This document shows, in pieces, positions 32,101 to 41,941 of a stretch of DNA of 64,000 nt. Origin of the DNA: Candidatus Uhrbacteria bacterium (GTDB lineage Bacteria; Patescibacteriota; Patescibacteriia; GWA2-47-26); contig JACPJN010000007.1 in NCBI GenBank assembly GCA_016187515.1, positions 4,046 to 68,045 of the forward strand. Reading direction: 5' to 3'. A program made the position numbers and the translations under genes. Every line of letters starts with the position of its first letter. Position 1 is the stretch's first letter. A model generated the notes under the pieces. It was not told the DNA's origin. It was given only the letters and a program-made list of their open reading frames with translations, and did no database searches.

Positions 32101-33995
32101 ATGTCGTGAATACTTGAGGGTTTGAGTTCTTTCAAATAGCGGGTCATGCCTGAACCGGACAGCTGAAATACGCCCATGGTATCCCCGCGCGAGAGCATTT
32201 CAAAAGTTTTCTTGTCTTCTGGCGGGAGCTTATCAATATCCACGGACACGCCTTTAGTTTTCTTCACGATCTGTACCGCATCGCCCAAGATGGAAAGATT
32301 GCGGATTCCCAACATATCCATCTTAACTAAGCCCGCGGCCTCCACCGCGTGCATGTCATACTGGGTAATAATATGATCGCCCTGGGCTTCTTTTTGAAGC
32401 GGCGTAAAATCCGTAAGTTTGGTGGGCGCAATGACCATGCCGGCCGCGTGTACCGAAGCGTGGCGCGCGCAACCTTCCACTTTACGCGCCAAATTCAGCA
32501 CGCGTTTCGTATTGGCATCCTCATGGTACATCTTCCCCAGCTCGGGATTTTCCTCCAACGCCCGGTCCACGGTCATGTGAAATCCTTGCGCCCCGGGCGG
32601 GATCATTTTGGAAAGTTTGTCGCCAAAGGAATATGGAAAACCCAGTACGCGCGTGACATCGCGCACGGCCGCACGCGGCAACATGGTCCCAAATGTACAG
32701 ATTTGCGCGACTTTATCGCGCCCGTATTTTTCTCGCACGTATTCAATCACCTCATCGCGGCGATTATCCGCAAAATCCACATCAATATCCGGCGGACTCG
32801 GACGCGACACGGTTAAAAATCGTTCAAATGGCAAACGCAAATCCAGAGGATTGACCGTAGTAATATCAATGAGATAAGACACGAGCGATCCCGCGGCCGA
32901 ACCGCGCGTGGTCACCACAATTCCTTGCGCGCGCGCCCATTTCACATAGTCCGACACAATTAAAAAATAAGTAGAAAAACCGGTTTTTTTGATTACCTCA
33001 AGTTCATACTCAATACGCTGAAGGACAGTCCTTTGGTCGAGTAAAGGACTGTCCTTCTTCAATCCAAACCTCTCCTGCGCCGCTTTCCACACTAACTCTT
33101 CCAAATACTCATGATGCGTCCTTCTCTCTGGTACCGGAAACTGCGGAAACGCCCATTGGTTAAGCGTAAGCTCCAGATTGCAGCGCTCGGCCACCTTTAG
33201 CGTATTTATGATAACTTCCGGATGGTCTTTCCACTGCGCCGCCACTTCCTCTGGAGATTTAAACGAGTGATCCACGCCCGTCATGTTTAACCGGCCTTTG
33301 TCCGTGACAAATTTACCTGTTTGCACGCACACCAGTACATCTTGCGCCTCGCCATCGTCGGCATGCAAATAGTGGCTGTCTACCGTGGCCACCGGCACAA
33401 TACCGAGCTCTTCGCATAATTTAAACATGCCGCGATTGACGGTTTCTTGTTCTGGAATCTCGGGGTGTTTCTGCACCTCGGCGAAAAAATTCTCTTTGCC
33501 AAAAATCTCTTGAAACTCTTGAGCAACGCGTTTTGCTTCATCGAATTGTCCGCGCGCGATCAGCCGCGGAATCTCACCGCGCAAACAACCGGAGAGCGCA
33601 ATAAGCCCTTTGCCATACGCGCGCAGGGCGGCTTTATCAATGCGCGGTTTATAATAATAACCTTCCAGATGCGCGAGCGTGGTCAGCAACATTAAATTCC
33701 GATAGCCCTCCTCATTGCGCGCGAGCAAGGTTAAGTGGTGGTAATCCTTGTCCACGCCCGCGCGCTTTTCTTCTTTTTCTCCGAGTGCCATGTAGGCCTC
33801 CATGCCAACAATCGGCTTGATTTCCTGCCTTCTACATTCTTGATAAAATTCCAACGCGCCATACATCACGCCGTGATCGGTTAAGGCAAGCGCCGGACAC
33901 CCAAACTCTTTCGCCCGCGCCACCAACTCCGGAATTTTCGGAAGACCATCAAGTAAGCTGTAATGGGAGTGGGTATGCAAGTGGACGAAGGGCAT
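29196..33995 (-). CDS. dnaE: DNA polymerase III alpha subunit (intein-containing)
   Basis: HLHTHSHYSLLDG PHP domain, RGSAAGSLV, PDIDVDF, YGFNK..SHAASY. Confidence 0.97.
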   Translation of the reverse strand: MPFVHLHTHSHYSLLDGLPKIPELVARAKEFGCPALALTDHGVMYGALEFYQECRRQEIKPIVGMEAYMALGEKEEKRAGVDKDYHHLTLLARNEEGYRNLMLLTTLAHLEGYYYKPRIDKAALRAYGKGLIALSGCLRGEIPRLIARGQFDEAKRVAQEFQEIFGKENFFAEVQKHPEIPEQETVNRGMFKLCEELGIVPVATVDSHYLHADDGEAQDVLVCVQTGKFVTDKGRLNMTGVDHSFKSPEEVAAQWKDHPEVIINTLKVAERCNLELTLNQWAFPQFPVPERRTHHEYLEELVWKAAQERFGLKKDSPLLDQRTVLQRIEYELEVIKKTGFSTYFLIVSDYVKWARAQGIVVTTRGSAAGSLVSYLIDITTVNPLDLRLPFERFLTVSRPSPPDIDVDFADNRRDEVIEYVREKYGRDKVAQICTFGTMLPRAAVRDVTRVLGFPYSFGDKLSKMIPPGAQGFHMTVDRALEENPELGKMYHEDANTKRVLNLARKVEGCARHASVHAAGMVIAPTKLTDFTPLQKEAQGDHIITQYDMHAVEAAGLVKMDMLGIRNLSILGDAVQIVKKTKGVSVDIDKLPPEDKKTFEMLSRGDTMGVFQLSGSGMTRYLKELKPSSIHDIMAMVALFRPGPMESIPEYIKRKHNPRLIQYLVPQLQNILERTYGILVYQDDVLMIAIELAGYTWEEADKLRKAMGKKIPREMVAQREKFLSGCVKKGLVRARAEEIWALIEPFAAYGFNKCITGDTIIYDAVSGVRRTVEELYRSSNSKITLLSLEDDLTLDKRPIGAVQQNGVKPIFEVITRRGLRIKATANHPFRKFGSWATLAELKHGDRIATARHAPLPKRAYPIDDYKLAALGYLLAEGNFCHPYGIYYYSKAEEEIADFISHAKQFSNARITIDRSRSAVSVYVGKQNQKQPNGLRSFAQEWELLDCKATSKVFPTFVFLLNREQLCVLLGKMWQGDGCVHSDEGEGQLYYATSSRLLAYDMQHLLLRLGMISTVHEKHFKYRDTVKTGWTIHVSRHTNIKIFEQTVGQYLIGEKRATLSEIVAHHPVLNGAISAWSARGSKDIIPAGVLPIIKSEIIKTEMSLKGFARTHNIAERLLCNDDAKKGYLRETVAVIAEALHSEVLTEFAHSDVYWDEVVSIISRGEAMTYDLTVPETHNFVANDIIVHNSHAASYGMVAYQTAYMKAHWPAEFITAILTAEAGNTDKLAEVIMGAREAGIKVLPPDVNESHKDFTYVDDQTIRFGLLAIKNLGSDVVEAVIEEREQGGAYENLEDFLKRVQHKNLNKKSLESLIKSGAMDCFGDRGVMLENMEAMLAFHRGATAEPSKQSTLFTGLPEVNRLSIKDAPPAAREEKLRWEKELLGLYVTAHPLEEFKQALDGKVTPISALLEVPDRAPLCVAGALTECKTRTTKNGERMAVGRLQDLTGSCEVVAFPKTYKENPGIWSDGALLCVWGRGGGEEKRVVCERAMVLTAESAGQLGSQDPRVLVDKNTMKDPRYPSTQVPNTSSKRLLIHLQNHDRATLETLRTFFASTRGSTPVYIVLSQNGVKRTIQTGFQIDPEERLIRSIEDIVGQGQVVIN
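30438..31739 (-). mobile_element. 434-aa intein with LAGLIDADG homing endonuclease
   Basis: FNK|CITGDT ... VANDIIVHN|SHA; TANHPF block B; LGYLLAEG and LGKMWQGDG blocks. Confidence 0.95.
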
Positions 33996-33998
33996 AGT

Positions 33999-34124
33999 AA
34001 ATTTCTAATTGCTTTAATTATTCTAATTGACCTAAACAATACCCAAGACCCAATAAACAAATTTGGGATTTTCGAGCTTAGGATTTGTTTAGAATAATTA
34101 GGTCAATTAGGTGAATTAGAAATT
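33999..34124. repeat. inverted nonamer array (ctaattgac / gtcaattag); second copy at 34808-34925
   Basis: near-identical arms in both copies. Confidence 0.8.
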
Positions 34125-34203
34125 CTCAACAACCCCATCCTACCACACCCCCCTTGACAGGGCAACCGCTGCAATGCTATAGTCTTCTTAGGAGGTTGCC
34201 ACC

Positions 34204-34311
34204 ATGTCGAGCAACGTCGTATACTGGCGCACTGCCAGCTTCTGGAAAGTCTACGGGTTTCTGCTCGCCTTCACCGCGCTTCTGATATATGCCCTTGCGT
34301 ACTTCGTGTGA
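34204..34311 (+). CDS. 35-aa single-TM peptide (not in the ORF track)
   Basis: TTGACA..TGcTATAGT promoter, AGGAGG SD, MSSNVVYWRTASFWKVYGFLLAFTALLIYALAYFV, terminator near 34402-34431. Confidence 0.65.
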   Translation: MSSNVVYWRTASFWKVYGFLLAFTALLIYALAYFV

Positions 34312-34448
34312 TTTTTCGAAGCATGAGTAGTTCCGCTCCTTCCCGTCCCGCCCTCTTGGCGAACCGCGCAAGCACTTGCCTCGCGCCGTCCGCCCCATTC
34401 AAAAAACCATCTCTCGCCGAGGTGGTTTTTTGATTTATGTCCAGATTA

Positions 34449-34802
34449 TTATTCCTCTCCTTCGTCTTCTTGTTGTTCGGCTGCTTCTTCCTTCATCTTC
34501 TCGTGCTTTTTCCGCCGAGGAGACGCTCGGCGTTCGCTTCGCCGATCCATCAGATACGAACCGACATATTTTACTCCCTCGGCAATGCCGGAAAAAATGC
34601 TTAACGACCGCTCCAATTTTTCCTTTAAACTTTCAAATATGCCTAAGGCCTTATTTATCTTCTCCCGTACATCCTCGGTCATCCCGCGCGCCTCGCGCAT
34701 GATGGCGATAAAATAATACAACAACCAGCAGACAAAAATCGTAAACCACAGTACGCAAAAAGCCAGAACGAGATAGAGAATGTCCTTTGCATCAGCGACC
34801 AT
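34449..34802 (-). CDS. small membrane-anchored coiled-coil protein
   Basis: N-terminal TM, then amphipathic helix; start MVADAK. Confidence 0.7.
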   Translation of the reverse strand: MVADAKDILYLVLAFCVLWFTIFVCWLLYYFIAIMREARGMTEDVREKINKALGIFESLKEKLERSLSIFSGIAEGVKYVGSYLMDRRSERRASPRRKKHEKMKEEAAEQQEDEGEE

Positions 34803-34936
34803 AAACAAATTTCTAATTATTCTAATTATTCTAATTGATCTAAACAAATCCTAATGCCTTAATTTCCAATTTTATAATTTGGGATTTGGGACTTATTTAG
34901 GTCAATTAGGTGAATTAGGTGAATTCTCAATTTGGG

Positions 34937-37447
34937 TTAATCTCGCACCTTAGCATCAAACCTCTCTTTTAGCATGCGAGACAATTTTATGTGCACCTTC
35001 TCCGCTTCTTGCGCCGTCAGCGTTCGCTCGGCCGAGGCATACTGGATATGAAACGCCAGACTACGGTGTCCCTCCGGCACGCCCTTGCCTGCATACTGAT
35101 CAAACAGTTCCACGCCGGCAATGAGCGGATCAAGTTTGGCAATCGCGCCATGAATCACGGCGTACTCTTTTTCTTTGCTCACTACAAAGGCAATGTCACG
35201 CTTGACCGGCGGATACGCCGGAGGCGGCTCATACGCTCGGCCTTGACCAATCAGCGGATAGACCACGCGCATTTCCCACTCTAAAAACGCAACCCGCTGC
35301 TCTATGCCATAAGCCCTAAGCAATTGTGGATGAAGTTCACCCACTACCCCCAGTATATCACGCCCGGATTTTACGAGCAATACGCGAGAGGGGTGGTAAT
35401 GCTTGACCCACGGCGCCTTAATTGACCCGACTTTTTCATATCCAAAATTTGGCAAGGCCAAAACTTCCGCCAAATGTTCGGCCACGCCTTTTGCCGCGTA
35501 AAAATGCGCACCCTCGCGTTCTTCGCGCCCGGCACTCAACACAATGAGCTTTTGTCGTTCGTCGGGTAATTCTCCCGCACGAGGATGATATTCGCTCGAC
35601 AATTCAAACAATTTCAACTCATCCCGCGTTTTTTCATTTTCCGCCACAGCTTTGAGGAGCGAAATTCCCAGCCACGGCCGCATGTGCGCCATCTCGGAGG
35701 TCAAAGGATTGGCAAGCGCCAGCGCGTCGCGGTCCGGATCAAACCCGGCGCGCGCAACACTATCGCGAGCAACAAATGAATAGGTGTAAAGTTCGGTAAA
35801 TCCTGCGCCGCGCAACGCCTCCTTCACTTCGTGTTCGTGCGTAAATTGCACACTTTGTATCTCGAAAGGAAGATCGCCTTGTGGAAGCACACCGGGAATC
35901 CTGTGATATCCATACATCCGCGCGACTTCCTCGGCAATATCCGCAACCCCGTCCGCTTCAACCTCGCGCCAATACGGAAATTTTACGCCCCACTTTTTTG
36001 CGCCTCCCGATACGGAAAACCCAAGCGCGGTTAAATATTTTTTCATTTGCGGCGCCGGAATTTCCACGCCGATTTTCTTCGCCACCTCCACAGGCGCGAC
36101 TTTCACCGTTTTTCCTCCCCTTAAGGTAAGGGGAGGCGAGGAGGGGTTATGCCGATCCACCATCCCCACCACCTTCCCTCCGGCAATCTCGGCGGTCAAC
36201 TCCATCAATCGCGCCGCCGCAAACTCCGGCAACGGCACAGGCAATCCTTTATTAAACCGCACAGAACTCGCCGAGGTAAGCCCAATCTGATGCTCGCCGC
36301 GGCGAATCGTGAGCGCATCAAAATTCGCAATCTCGTACACGATCCGCGTTGTCCCCGCGCGCACCCCGGTTTCTTCTCCGCCCATGATGCCGGCAATCGC
36401 CACTGGCCGCTGGGCATCAGCAATCACTAGAATATTTTCATCAAGTTCGTAGGTATTCCCATCTAATGCTAAAACCTTTTCCCCTTTCTTCCCCATCCGC
36501 ACCACTATTTTTTTCCGTGTCCCATCCGTTTTATTTCCGTGTCTTTCTGTGTTATGAAGACGCTCAGCATCAAAAGCATGACACGGCTGCCCATACTCTA
36601 GTAGTACATAATTCGTGATATCCACGATATTATTTATCGGCCGCACCCCAGAGGCCATAAGCCGCCGCTGTATCCACCACGGCGACGGCCCCACCTTCAC
36701 GCCTTCCATCACCACCGCCATGTACCGCGGACACAACTTTGGCACTTCAACTTTAACGTCCAACCAATCTCCTCCCCTTAGGTTAAGGGGAGGTCGGGAG
36801 GGGTTATGACCAATTTTCAATTTTACATTTTCAATTTTACATTTTACATTGAATATCGCCCCCACCTCGCGCGCCAACCCAACTATGCCCATAGCGTCCG
36901 GACGATTGGTTGTTATTTCCACCTCAAGTACCACATCATCTAATCCAAGTGCTCTAGCCACTGGCACACCCACGCGCGCGCCCGTGGCAGTCAAATCTAA
37001 AATCTCCCGCTCTTTGTGTGGAAACATTTCATATAGCCCAATCTCATTGGCCGCGCAAATCATGCCTTCACTTTTGACGCCACGAATTTCTGTCGGTGTT
37101 AATTCCATTGGTTCACCTTCTCCATGCCAGCGCACTTTTGCTCCCGGCAGAGCTACCGCCACCAACATTCCTTCTTTAATATTCGTTCCCCCACACACAA
37201 TAGTTCGTGGTCGTTCGTCTTTATTGTTCGTGGTCGTTCGTGCTATACGCAGCTTATCGGCATTTGGATGCGGCTCTATTTCCACAATCTTCCCGACTAC
37301 AATCGCCGGATCCAGTCCTACCACCATTGGCCGCATTCGCTCCACGGAAAACGCATGAAGCGACAAGCGCTCCGCCACTTCCTCTGGGCGGGCTTTAAGT
37401 CCTGGCAAAAACTCACGCAGCCAATTATAGGAAACCAATAGGTTCAT
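34937..37447 (-). CDS. pheT: phenylalanyl-tRNA synthetase beta subunit with four repeat inserts
   Basis: HPNADKL, ITTNRPDA, INNIVDITNY, EEVARMYGY, RDIAFVV. Confidence 0.96.
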   Translation of the reverse strand: MNLLVSYNWLREFLPGLKARPEEVAERLSLHAFSVERMRPMVVGLDPAIVVGKIVEIEPHPNADKLRIARTTTNNKDERPRTIVCGGTNIKEGMLVAVALPGAKVRWHGEGEPMELTPTEIRGVKSEGMICAANEIGLYEMFPHKEREILDLTATGARVGVPVARALGLDDVVLEVEITTNRPDAMGIVGLAREVGAIFNVKCKIENVKLKIGHNPSRPPLNLRGGDWLDVKVEVPKLCPRYMAVVMEGVKVGPSPWWIQRRLMASGVRPINNIVDITNYVLLEYGQPCHAFDAERLHNTERHGNKTDGTRKKIVVRMGKKGEKVLALDGNTYELDENILVIADAQRPVAIAGIMGGEETGVRAGTTRIVYEIANFDALTIRRGEHQIGLTSASSVRFNKGLPVPLPEFAAARLMELTAEIAGGKVVGMVDRHNPSSPPLTLRGGKTVKVAPVEVAKKIGVEIPAPQMKKYLTALGFSVSGGAKKWGVKFPYWREVEADGVADIAEEVARMYGYHRIPGVLPQGDLPFEIQSVQFTHEHEVKEALRGAGFTELYTYSFVARDSVARAGFDPDRDALALANPLTSEMAHMRPWLGISLLKAVAENEKTRDELKLFELSSEYHPRAGELPDERQKLIVLSAGREEREGAHFYAAKGVAEHLAEVLALPNFGYEKVGSIKAPWVKHYHPSRVLLVKSGRDILGVVGELHPQLLRAYGIEQRVAFLEWEMRVVYPLIGQGRAYEPPPAYPPVKRDIAFVVSKEKEYAVIHGAIAKLDPLIAGVELFDQYAGKGVPEGHRSLAFHIQYASAERTLTAQEAEKVHIKLSRMLKERFDAKVRD

Positions 37448-37451
37448 AATT

Positions 37452-37811
37452 TCATCTTTCCTTATCTTTCACATAAATACCTTCATTATCCGTACCAGCT
37501 AAGATTGGTCCTACTAATTTCCATCCTTGTTGCTCCAAATCCCCTTTTCTTTTTTTCTCAATCACATCGCGCCGTATATCTACCAGCTTTTCATCATAAA
37601 AAAGAACTCTCCCAGAACTACTTAACACGATACTCTTTTTATCTATTAAAGATTCTGGTACACCTTTATTATATCCTCTTTCCCAATCAAAAAAATCAAC
37701 TTCAACGTTGACTACCGTCCAACCTCTTTGCTGTATTTCGTTTCTTTTTTGTGTTTCAATTGCAATTCGTGCTAAAGCTTCGCTTCTTGGTCCCAAATCG
37801 GCAGATGACAT
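37452..37811 (-). CDS. AT-rich orphan between pheS and pheT
   Basis: 119-aa ORF tightly coupled to both neighbours; visibly lower GC. Confidence 0.6.
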   Translation of the reverse strand: MSSADLGPRSEALARIAIETQKRNEIQQRGWTVVNVEVDFFDWERGYNKGVPESLIDKKSIVLSSSGRVLFYDEKLVDIRRDVIEKKRKGDLEQQGWKLVGPILAGTDNEGIYVKDKER

Positions 37812-37812
37812 A

Positions 37813-38952
37813 CTAAAATTGTTCCAAAAAATTTAAGTCATTATTATACAACACCCTGATATCATCAATGCGCAAACCCTGCTTCATCATGTAGCTCCGC
37901 TCCACTCCAAACCCAAACGCAAATCCACTCCACACTTTTGGATCAAGTCCGCCTGCTTTTAAAACATTGGGGTGTACCATGCCGGCGCCAGCAAGCTCAA
38001 GCCAGCCGGACTTACAAAGTCTGCACTTCTCCCCTCCCCTTAAGGTAAGGGGAGGTTGGGAGGGGTTATGAACATAACCAGTGCCATGACACACGCCACA
38101 TGATACATCTACTTCAAACGACGGTTCGGTAAATCGAAAGTGAAACGGCCGCAAACGAATTCTACGCTCCGGCCCAAAAAAGACGCGCGCGAAATATTCA
38201 AGCGTTCCCTTCAAATGCGTCACTGCGACATTCCGATCAATGAGGAGTCCTTCAAACTGATGAAACATCGGCACATGCGACACATCTGATTGCCTACGAT
38301 AACACTTAGCCAGGTTGATCATCCGAATCGGCGGCTTGCGTCGTTCCATCTCGCGCACTTGGCCATTGGAAGTATGCGGTGTAAGCACCATTTTTCCAAA
38401 CTTTGGATGCTCAATGTAATTTCCGCGTTGTTCCGCGATATGCTCTAGCGAGACGTTCCGCGTGGTTCCGCGACCTACAAAATAGGTCTCCCACTCATCC
38501 CGCGCTGGATGTCCCTTCGGCATGTTCAACGCCTCAAACGCATAATAATCCCAATCTACCTCCGGATACCGCATCCGATAAAATCCCAACTGCGCGAAAA
38601 TCCGGGTAATCTCCTCAATCGCCTGGGTCGTAATATGCAAATGCCCCAGCGGCGGCCGCGTCCCCGGAAGCGTCACATCCAGTTTCTCTTGCTCCGCCAG
38701 CTTGCCCAGCGCCACACCTTCCAACTCTTTTACGTGTTGTTGTAGTGCTGTCATGATGTACTGCTTTAGTGTATTCAACTCCTGTCCCGCTTTTTTCCGC
38801 TCCTCGCCTTTCATTTCCGCAAGTTCGGAAAATAATCCGGTCATGGTTCCTTTTCTTCCCAAAAATTCAATACGCACAGCCTCAAGCCCGGCCGCGTCAC
38901 GCGCCGCCTCAATCTTCTTTTTCACGATGTTCTCAATTTCCTTAAGGTCCAT
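37813..38952 (-). CDS. pheS: phenylalanyl-tRNA synthetase alpha subunit with two repeat inserts
   Basis: HPARD, FHQFEGL, FRFTEPSFE, GAGMVHPNVL, GFAFGFGVER. Confidence 0.96.
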   Translation of the reverse strand: MDLKEIENIVKKKIEAARDAAGLEAVRIEFLGRKGTMTGLFSELAEMKGEERKKAGQELNTLKQYIMTALQQHVKELEGVALGKLAEQEKLDVTLPGTRPPLGHLHITTQAIEEITRIFAQLGFYRMRYPEVDWDYYAFEALNMPKGHPARDEWETYFVGRGTTRNVSLEHIAEQRGNYIEHPKFGKMVLTPHTSNGQVREMERRKPPIRMINLAKCYRRQSDVSHVPMFHQFEGLLIDRNVAVTHLKGTLEYFARVFFGPERRIRLRPFHFRFTEPSFEVDVSCGVCHGTGYVHNPSQPPLTLRGGEKCRLCKSGWLELAGAGMVHPNVLKAGGLDPKVWSGFAFGFGVERSYMMKQGLRIDDIRVLYNNDLNFLEQF

Positions 38953-39116
38953 ACAACAACTTTTTCTCCCCCTTAGGCTAAGGGGGAGTTAGAGGGGGTT
39001 ACGAAACTAAATTATACCCTCCCCCACATTCCCTCCATCATACACGATTACACTTGACAAAACAACTCCGCCATGCGACAATACACATACCTGTCAGAAA
39101 ACCACGGAGGAACGCC

Positions 39117-39647
39117 ATGTCTATCCGCACCGTTCTTTTTTCCATAATGCTCGCGCTAGGATGTGGTACAATTTCCCATCCGCAGACCCCCCATCCGCAG
39201 ACCGGAGTCTACCACGCCACCCTGGGCTCGAACGCTGACCATCCCATCTGCGAAGCAGCCCTGCGCCAGTTTGTCGTGCCAGGCGAGGTGACCTTTGTCC
39301 ATTTCTGGGCAAGCTGGTGTACGGCGTGCGCTGTCGTATCCGAACACATACAACAGCGATTCGCAGATCAGATTAGGATTGTATATCTCGACCTTGGGGA
39401 TCCGCGCAATGCCAGCGAGGATATCATGCAACTATGCGGCCATAAAGGACTTCCAATTGATATCGTTTACAGCCGTACTGGCCGGATGATCCTCAACGCC
39501 TCACCCTACAAGATCGTGCGCAACCGCTCAATTGTCCAATCCTACGATCCCCAACAACCGGAGGGGATTATAGAATATATCACTTTCCTCGATGCCGTAG
39601 TGACGAAGCTCCTGAAGCTACCGCCATCTCCCCATCGGCTCAAGTGA
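39117..39647 (+). CDS. thioredoxin-like lipoprotein (cassette 1)
   Basis: LALGC lipobox; FWASWCTAC; GGAGG SD. Confidence 0.75.
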   Translation: MSIRTVLFSIMLALGCGTISHPQTPHPQTGVYHATLGSNADHPICEAALRQFVVPGEVTFVHFWASWCTACAVVSEHIQQRFADQIRIVYLDLGDPRNASEDIMQLCGHKGLPIDIVYSRTGRMILNASPYKIVRNRSIVQSYDPQQPEGIIEYITFLDAVVTKLLKLPPSPHRLK

Positions 39648-39796
39648 CCAACTCGCGCGGACTCTCACCGGTTCGCACCTTTTTTTCTATGGGACTATTG
39701 CCGGGACTGTTGCCGAATGTGCTCTCGTAGCGAAAAGCGCGCCCGCCCCTTCGACATCCAACTCCGGCTATGCTTCCTCTGGCGGCCATTTTCTCC

Positions 39797-39841
39797 CGCC
39801 CCGCCCGCGCGCTTCCTGCGCCGGCCGGGGTTTCTTTTTTA
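39797..39841 (+). terminator. shared cassette terminator (also ~40893-40939 and ~41741-41789)
   Basis: ccccgcccgcgcgc-loop-gcgccggccgggg plus ttcttttttat. Confidence 0.85.
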
Positions 39842-39995
39842 TTAACGCACCACCATCTCGATCGCAGCCAGAATTGATTCCCGTTTTTTAAAGTCGCCTC
39901 GCTTGACGTATTTCAATGCTCCGTACAATTCTTCTAAATTTTTCTGGAGACCACTGATTTTCCTGGAAACCGCCGTCGACAACTACTGTCCATTC

Positions 39996-40031
39996 TGTCC
40001 CAAAATCTCACGGCCGTGAGATTTTGGGACA
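39996..40031. repeat. 36-bp perfect palindrome
   Basis: tgtcccaaaatctcacggccgtgagattttgggaca. Confidence 0.95.
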
Positions 40032-40194
40032 ATTTTTGTTTTGCGATCCTCGTCAAGTGGATAACCCCCCCTTTTTTTCTACACCCCCCTTGACAATCAA
40101 ACAAAATCATGCTATTATAGCAGGATGCCTTTTGGCGTCCTGTGTGGCATTTCGCCGCGCGGCATGAACTTTCCATCAGCAAAAAGAGGACATC

Positions 40195-40851
40195 ATGCTC
40201 GTTCATTGGTTGTTCAAGGACGTCTTCATGATGGTGGCAATCGGTTTCATCGCGGTGGTCGCGCTCACCATCATCCTACATGCGGTGATGCGACCCATCC
40301 TGCGGAAGCTCACACTTGGCGACTACGAGAAATTCCTCCACAAGCCGAGCAACTATGTGGTGCAGGAGTATCCCTCTGCGTCCCACGGTGGCGGCGCGCT
40401 CAACAGGGCTGCAGTGAGACGACATGCCGAACGTTGGGCTAAGCTCGGCAACGAATGGGGACTCGCCATGGTGGCCTGCGTGGCGATCATCGCTGCAGTG
40501 ATGATCTTCGGCATCCACACGGCGAGCCAGAATTCCAATCCCCTGGAGGTGATCACGCCATACCTCAACTGGATTGGTGTGTGGTTCTTCCTTGCCATCG
40601 CCTGCCTGGTGCCGCACAAGATCTGTCTGACCATCGCGCGGTGGTACGAAAACGGCGCCGAGAACGGGAGGTTGCCGCCCCTGCCCGGCGCCCCCGAGAA
40701 CTCGCTGGCTCGGATCTCAATATCGGTCAAGAACGATCCCGATCCTCTCCCCTATGCGATCAAGGACATCAACCAGTTCGTCGCGATGGTGGTGGAGGGA
40801 CCACAATTCTCGTGGTGGCGGTACCAGCTTCGTCGGATGTTTTGTCGGTAG
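40195..40851 (+). CDS. orphan membrane protein (cassette 2)
   Basis: three TMs; TTGACA/TGcTATTAT promoter; GAGG SD. Confidence 0.7.
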   Translation: MLVHWLFKDVFMMVAIGFIAVVALTIILHAVMRPILRKLTLGDYEKFLHKPSNYVVQEYPSASHGGGALNRAAVRRHAERWAKLGNEWGLAMVACVAIIAAVMIFGIHTASQNSNPLEVITPYLNWIGVWFFLAIACLVPHKICLTIARWYENGAENGRLPPLPGAPENSLARISISVKNDPDPLPYAIKDINQFVAMVVEGPQFSWWRYQLRRMFCR

Positions 40852-41001
40852 TGGACCGTACCTACATGTGTCCCACCGGCGAAACTCTCTGTTCCGCCCC
40901 GCCCGCGCGCTTCCTGCGCCGGCCGGGGCTTCTTTTTTATGTGCAGGTTGTGTGTATATGAGCTTTTCCCATTTGCCACCCGTTTGCCACCCGCATCCGA
41001 T

Positions 41002-41037
41002 TGTCCCAAAATCTCACGGCCGTGAGATTTTGGGACA
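41002..41037. repeat. 36-bp perfect palindrome
   Basis: identical to 39996-40031; the following ~65 bp are also shared. Confidence 0.95.
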
Positions 41038-41162
41038 ATTTTTGTTTTGCGATCCTCGTCAAGTGGATAACTCCCCCCTTTCTACATCCCTCTTGACAAT
41101 CAAGCGATTATATGCCATTATTAAACTAGGCAACCCCGCCTGAAAGTGAAAGTGAGGATACC

Positions 41163-41723
41163 ATGCAGCGAACCTTTGTTCTTTTCGTCTTTCTTGGCGC
41201 CGCCTGCGGCGGCAAGGCAGGCCCGACGCGTCCCGAGCTCGGCAGTACCGAATGCTATGCTGCCCAAGCGCTCCCTCAAATCCGGGGCGATCGGCCTCTG
41301 CACTGCGCGTTCCAGGATCAGCTGCCTGCCGAGGTGTCTCACCTCGTCGCGATGGCACGCCTGAGGATTGAGTGCGATCCGGAAAAAGTGATGGCCGCGG
41401 TGTCGTTTAACCACCACTTGCCGGAAGAAGAACCGAAATTCATTGAGGTGGCATGCAATGATGACTACCCAACCGAGCTCGTCTGCGGATGGACTACCAA
41501 CTTCCGCATCACCGCCCACGACTTCGGCGAAGGAACAACTCGGGTAATCATCCGAAGCGACTGCCCTTTGCCCGAATACGGAGGCGTCCGCTGCAGCGAT
41601 CAGATTCCCCCGCATGCAATATTCACCTCAACAGAAAGACATTGCGAGACGGGTGACGCGCTGCTTATCAATCCGGTCAGCTCCAACCAGGAAATTACGG
41701 TCTGGGCCGACCCGATCGACTGA
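41163..41723 (+). CDS. orphan Cys-rich lipoprotein (cassette 3)
   Basis: LGAAC lipobox; multiple Cys. Confidence 0.7.
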   Translation: MQRTFVLFVFLGAACGGKAGPTRPELGSTECYAAQALPQIRGDRPLHCAFQDQLPAEVSHLVAMARLRIECDPEKVMAAVSFNHHLPEEEPKFIEVACNDDYPTELVCGWTTNFRITAHDFGEGTTRVIIRSDCPLPEYGGVRCSDQIPPHAIFTSTERHCETGDALLINPVSSNQEITVWADPID

Positions 41724-41806
41724 TCGCTCCACCAACCCGTTCCCCCCCCGCCCGCGCGCGCCCACGCGCCGGCCGGGGTTTCTTTTTTATTGACGCACCA
41801 CCATTC

Positions 41807-41842
41807 TGTCCCAAAATCTCACGGCCGTGAGATTTTGGGACA
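41807..41842. repeat. 36-bp perfect palindrome
   Basis: identical to 39996-40031. Confidence 0.95.
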
Positions 41843-41941
41843 ACCTTTGTTTCTAGATCCTTTTCGAGATCCTCTTTCTTCCGCCCCTTTTTGTACCATC
41901 TAGTGCTCGATAATACTCAACCAACGCTTGATACTTTGGTA

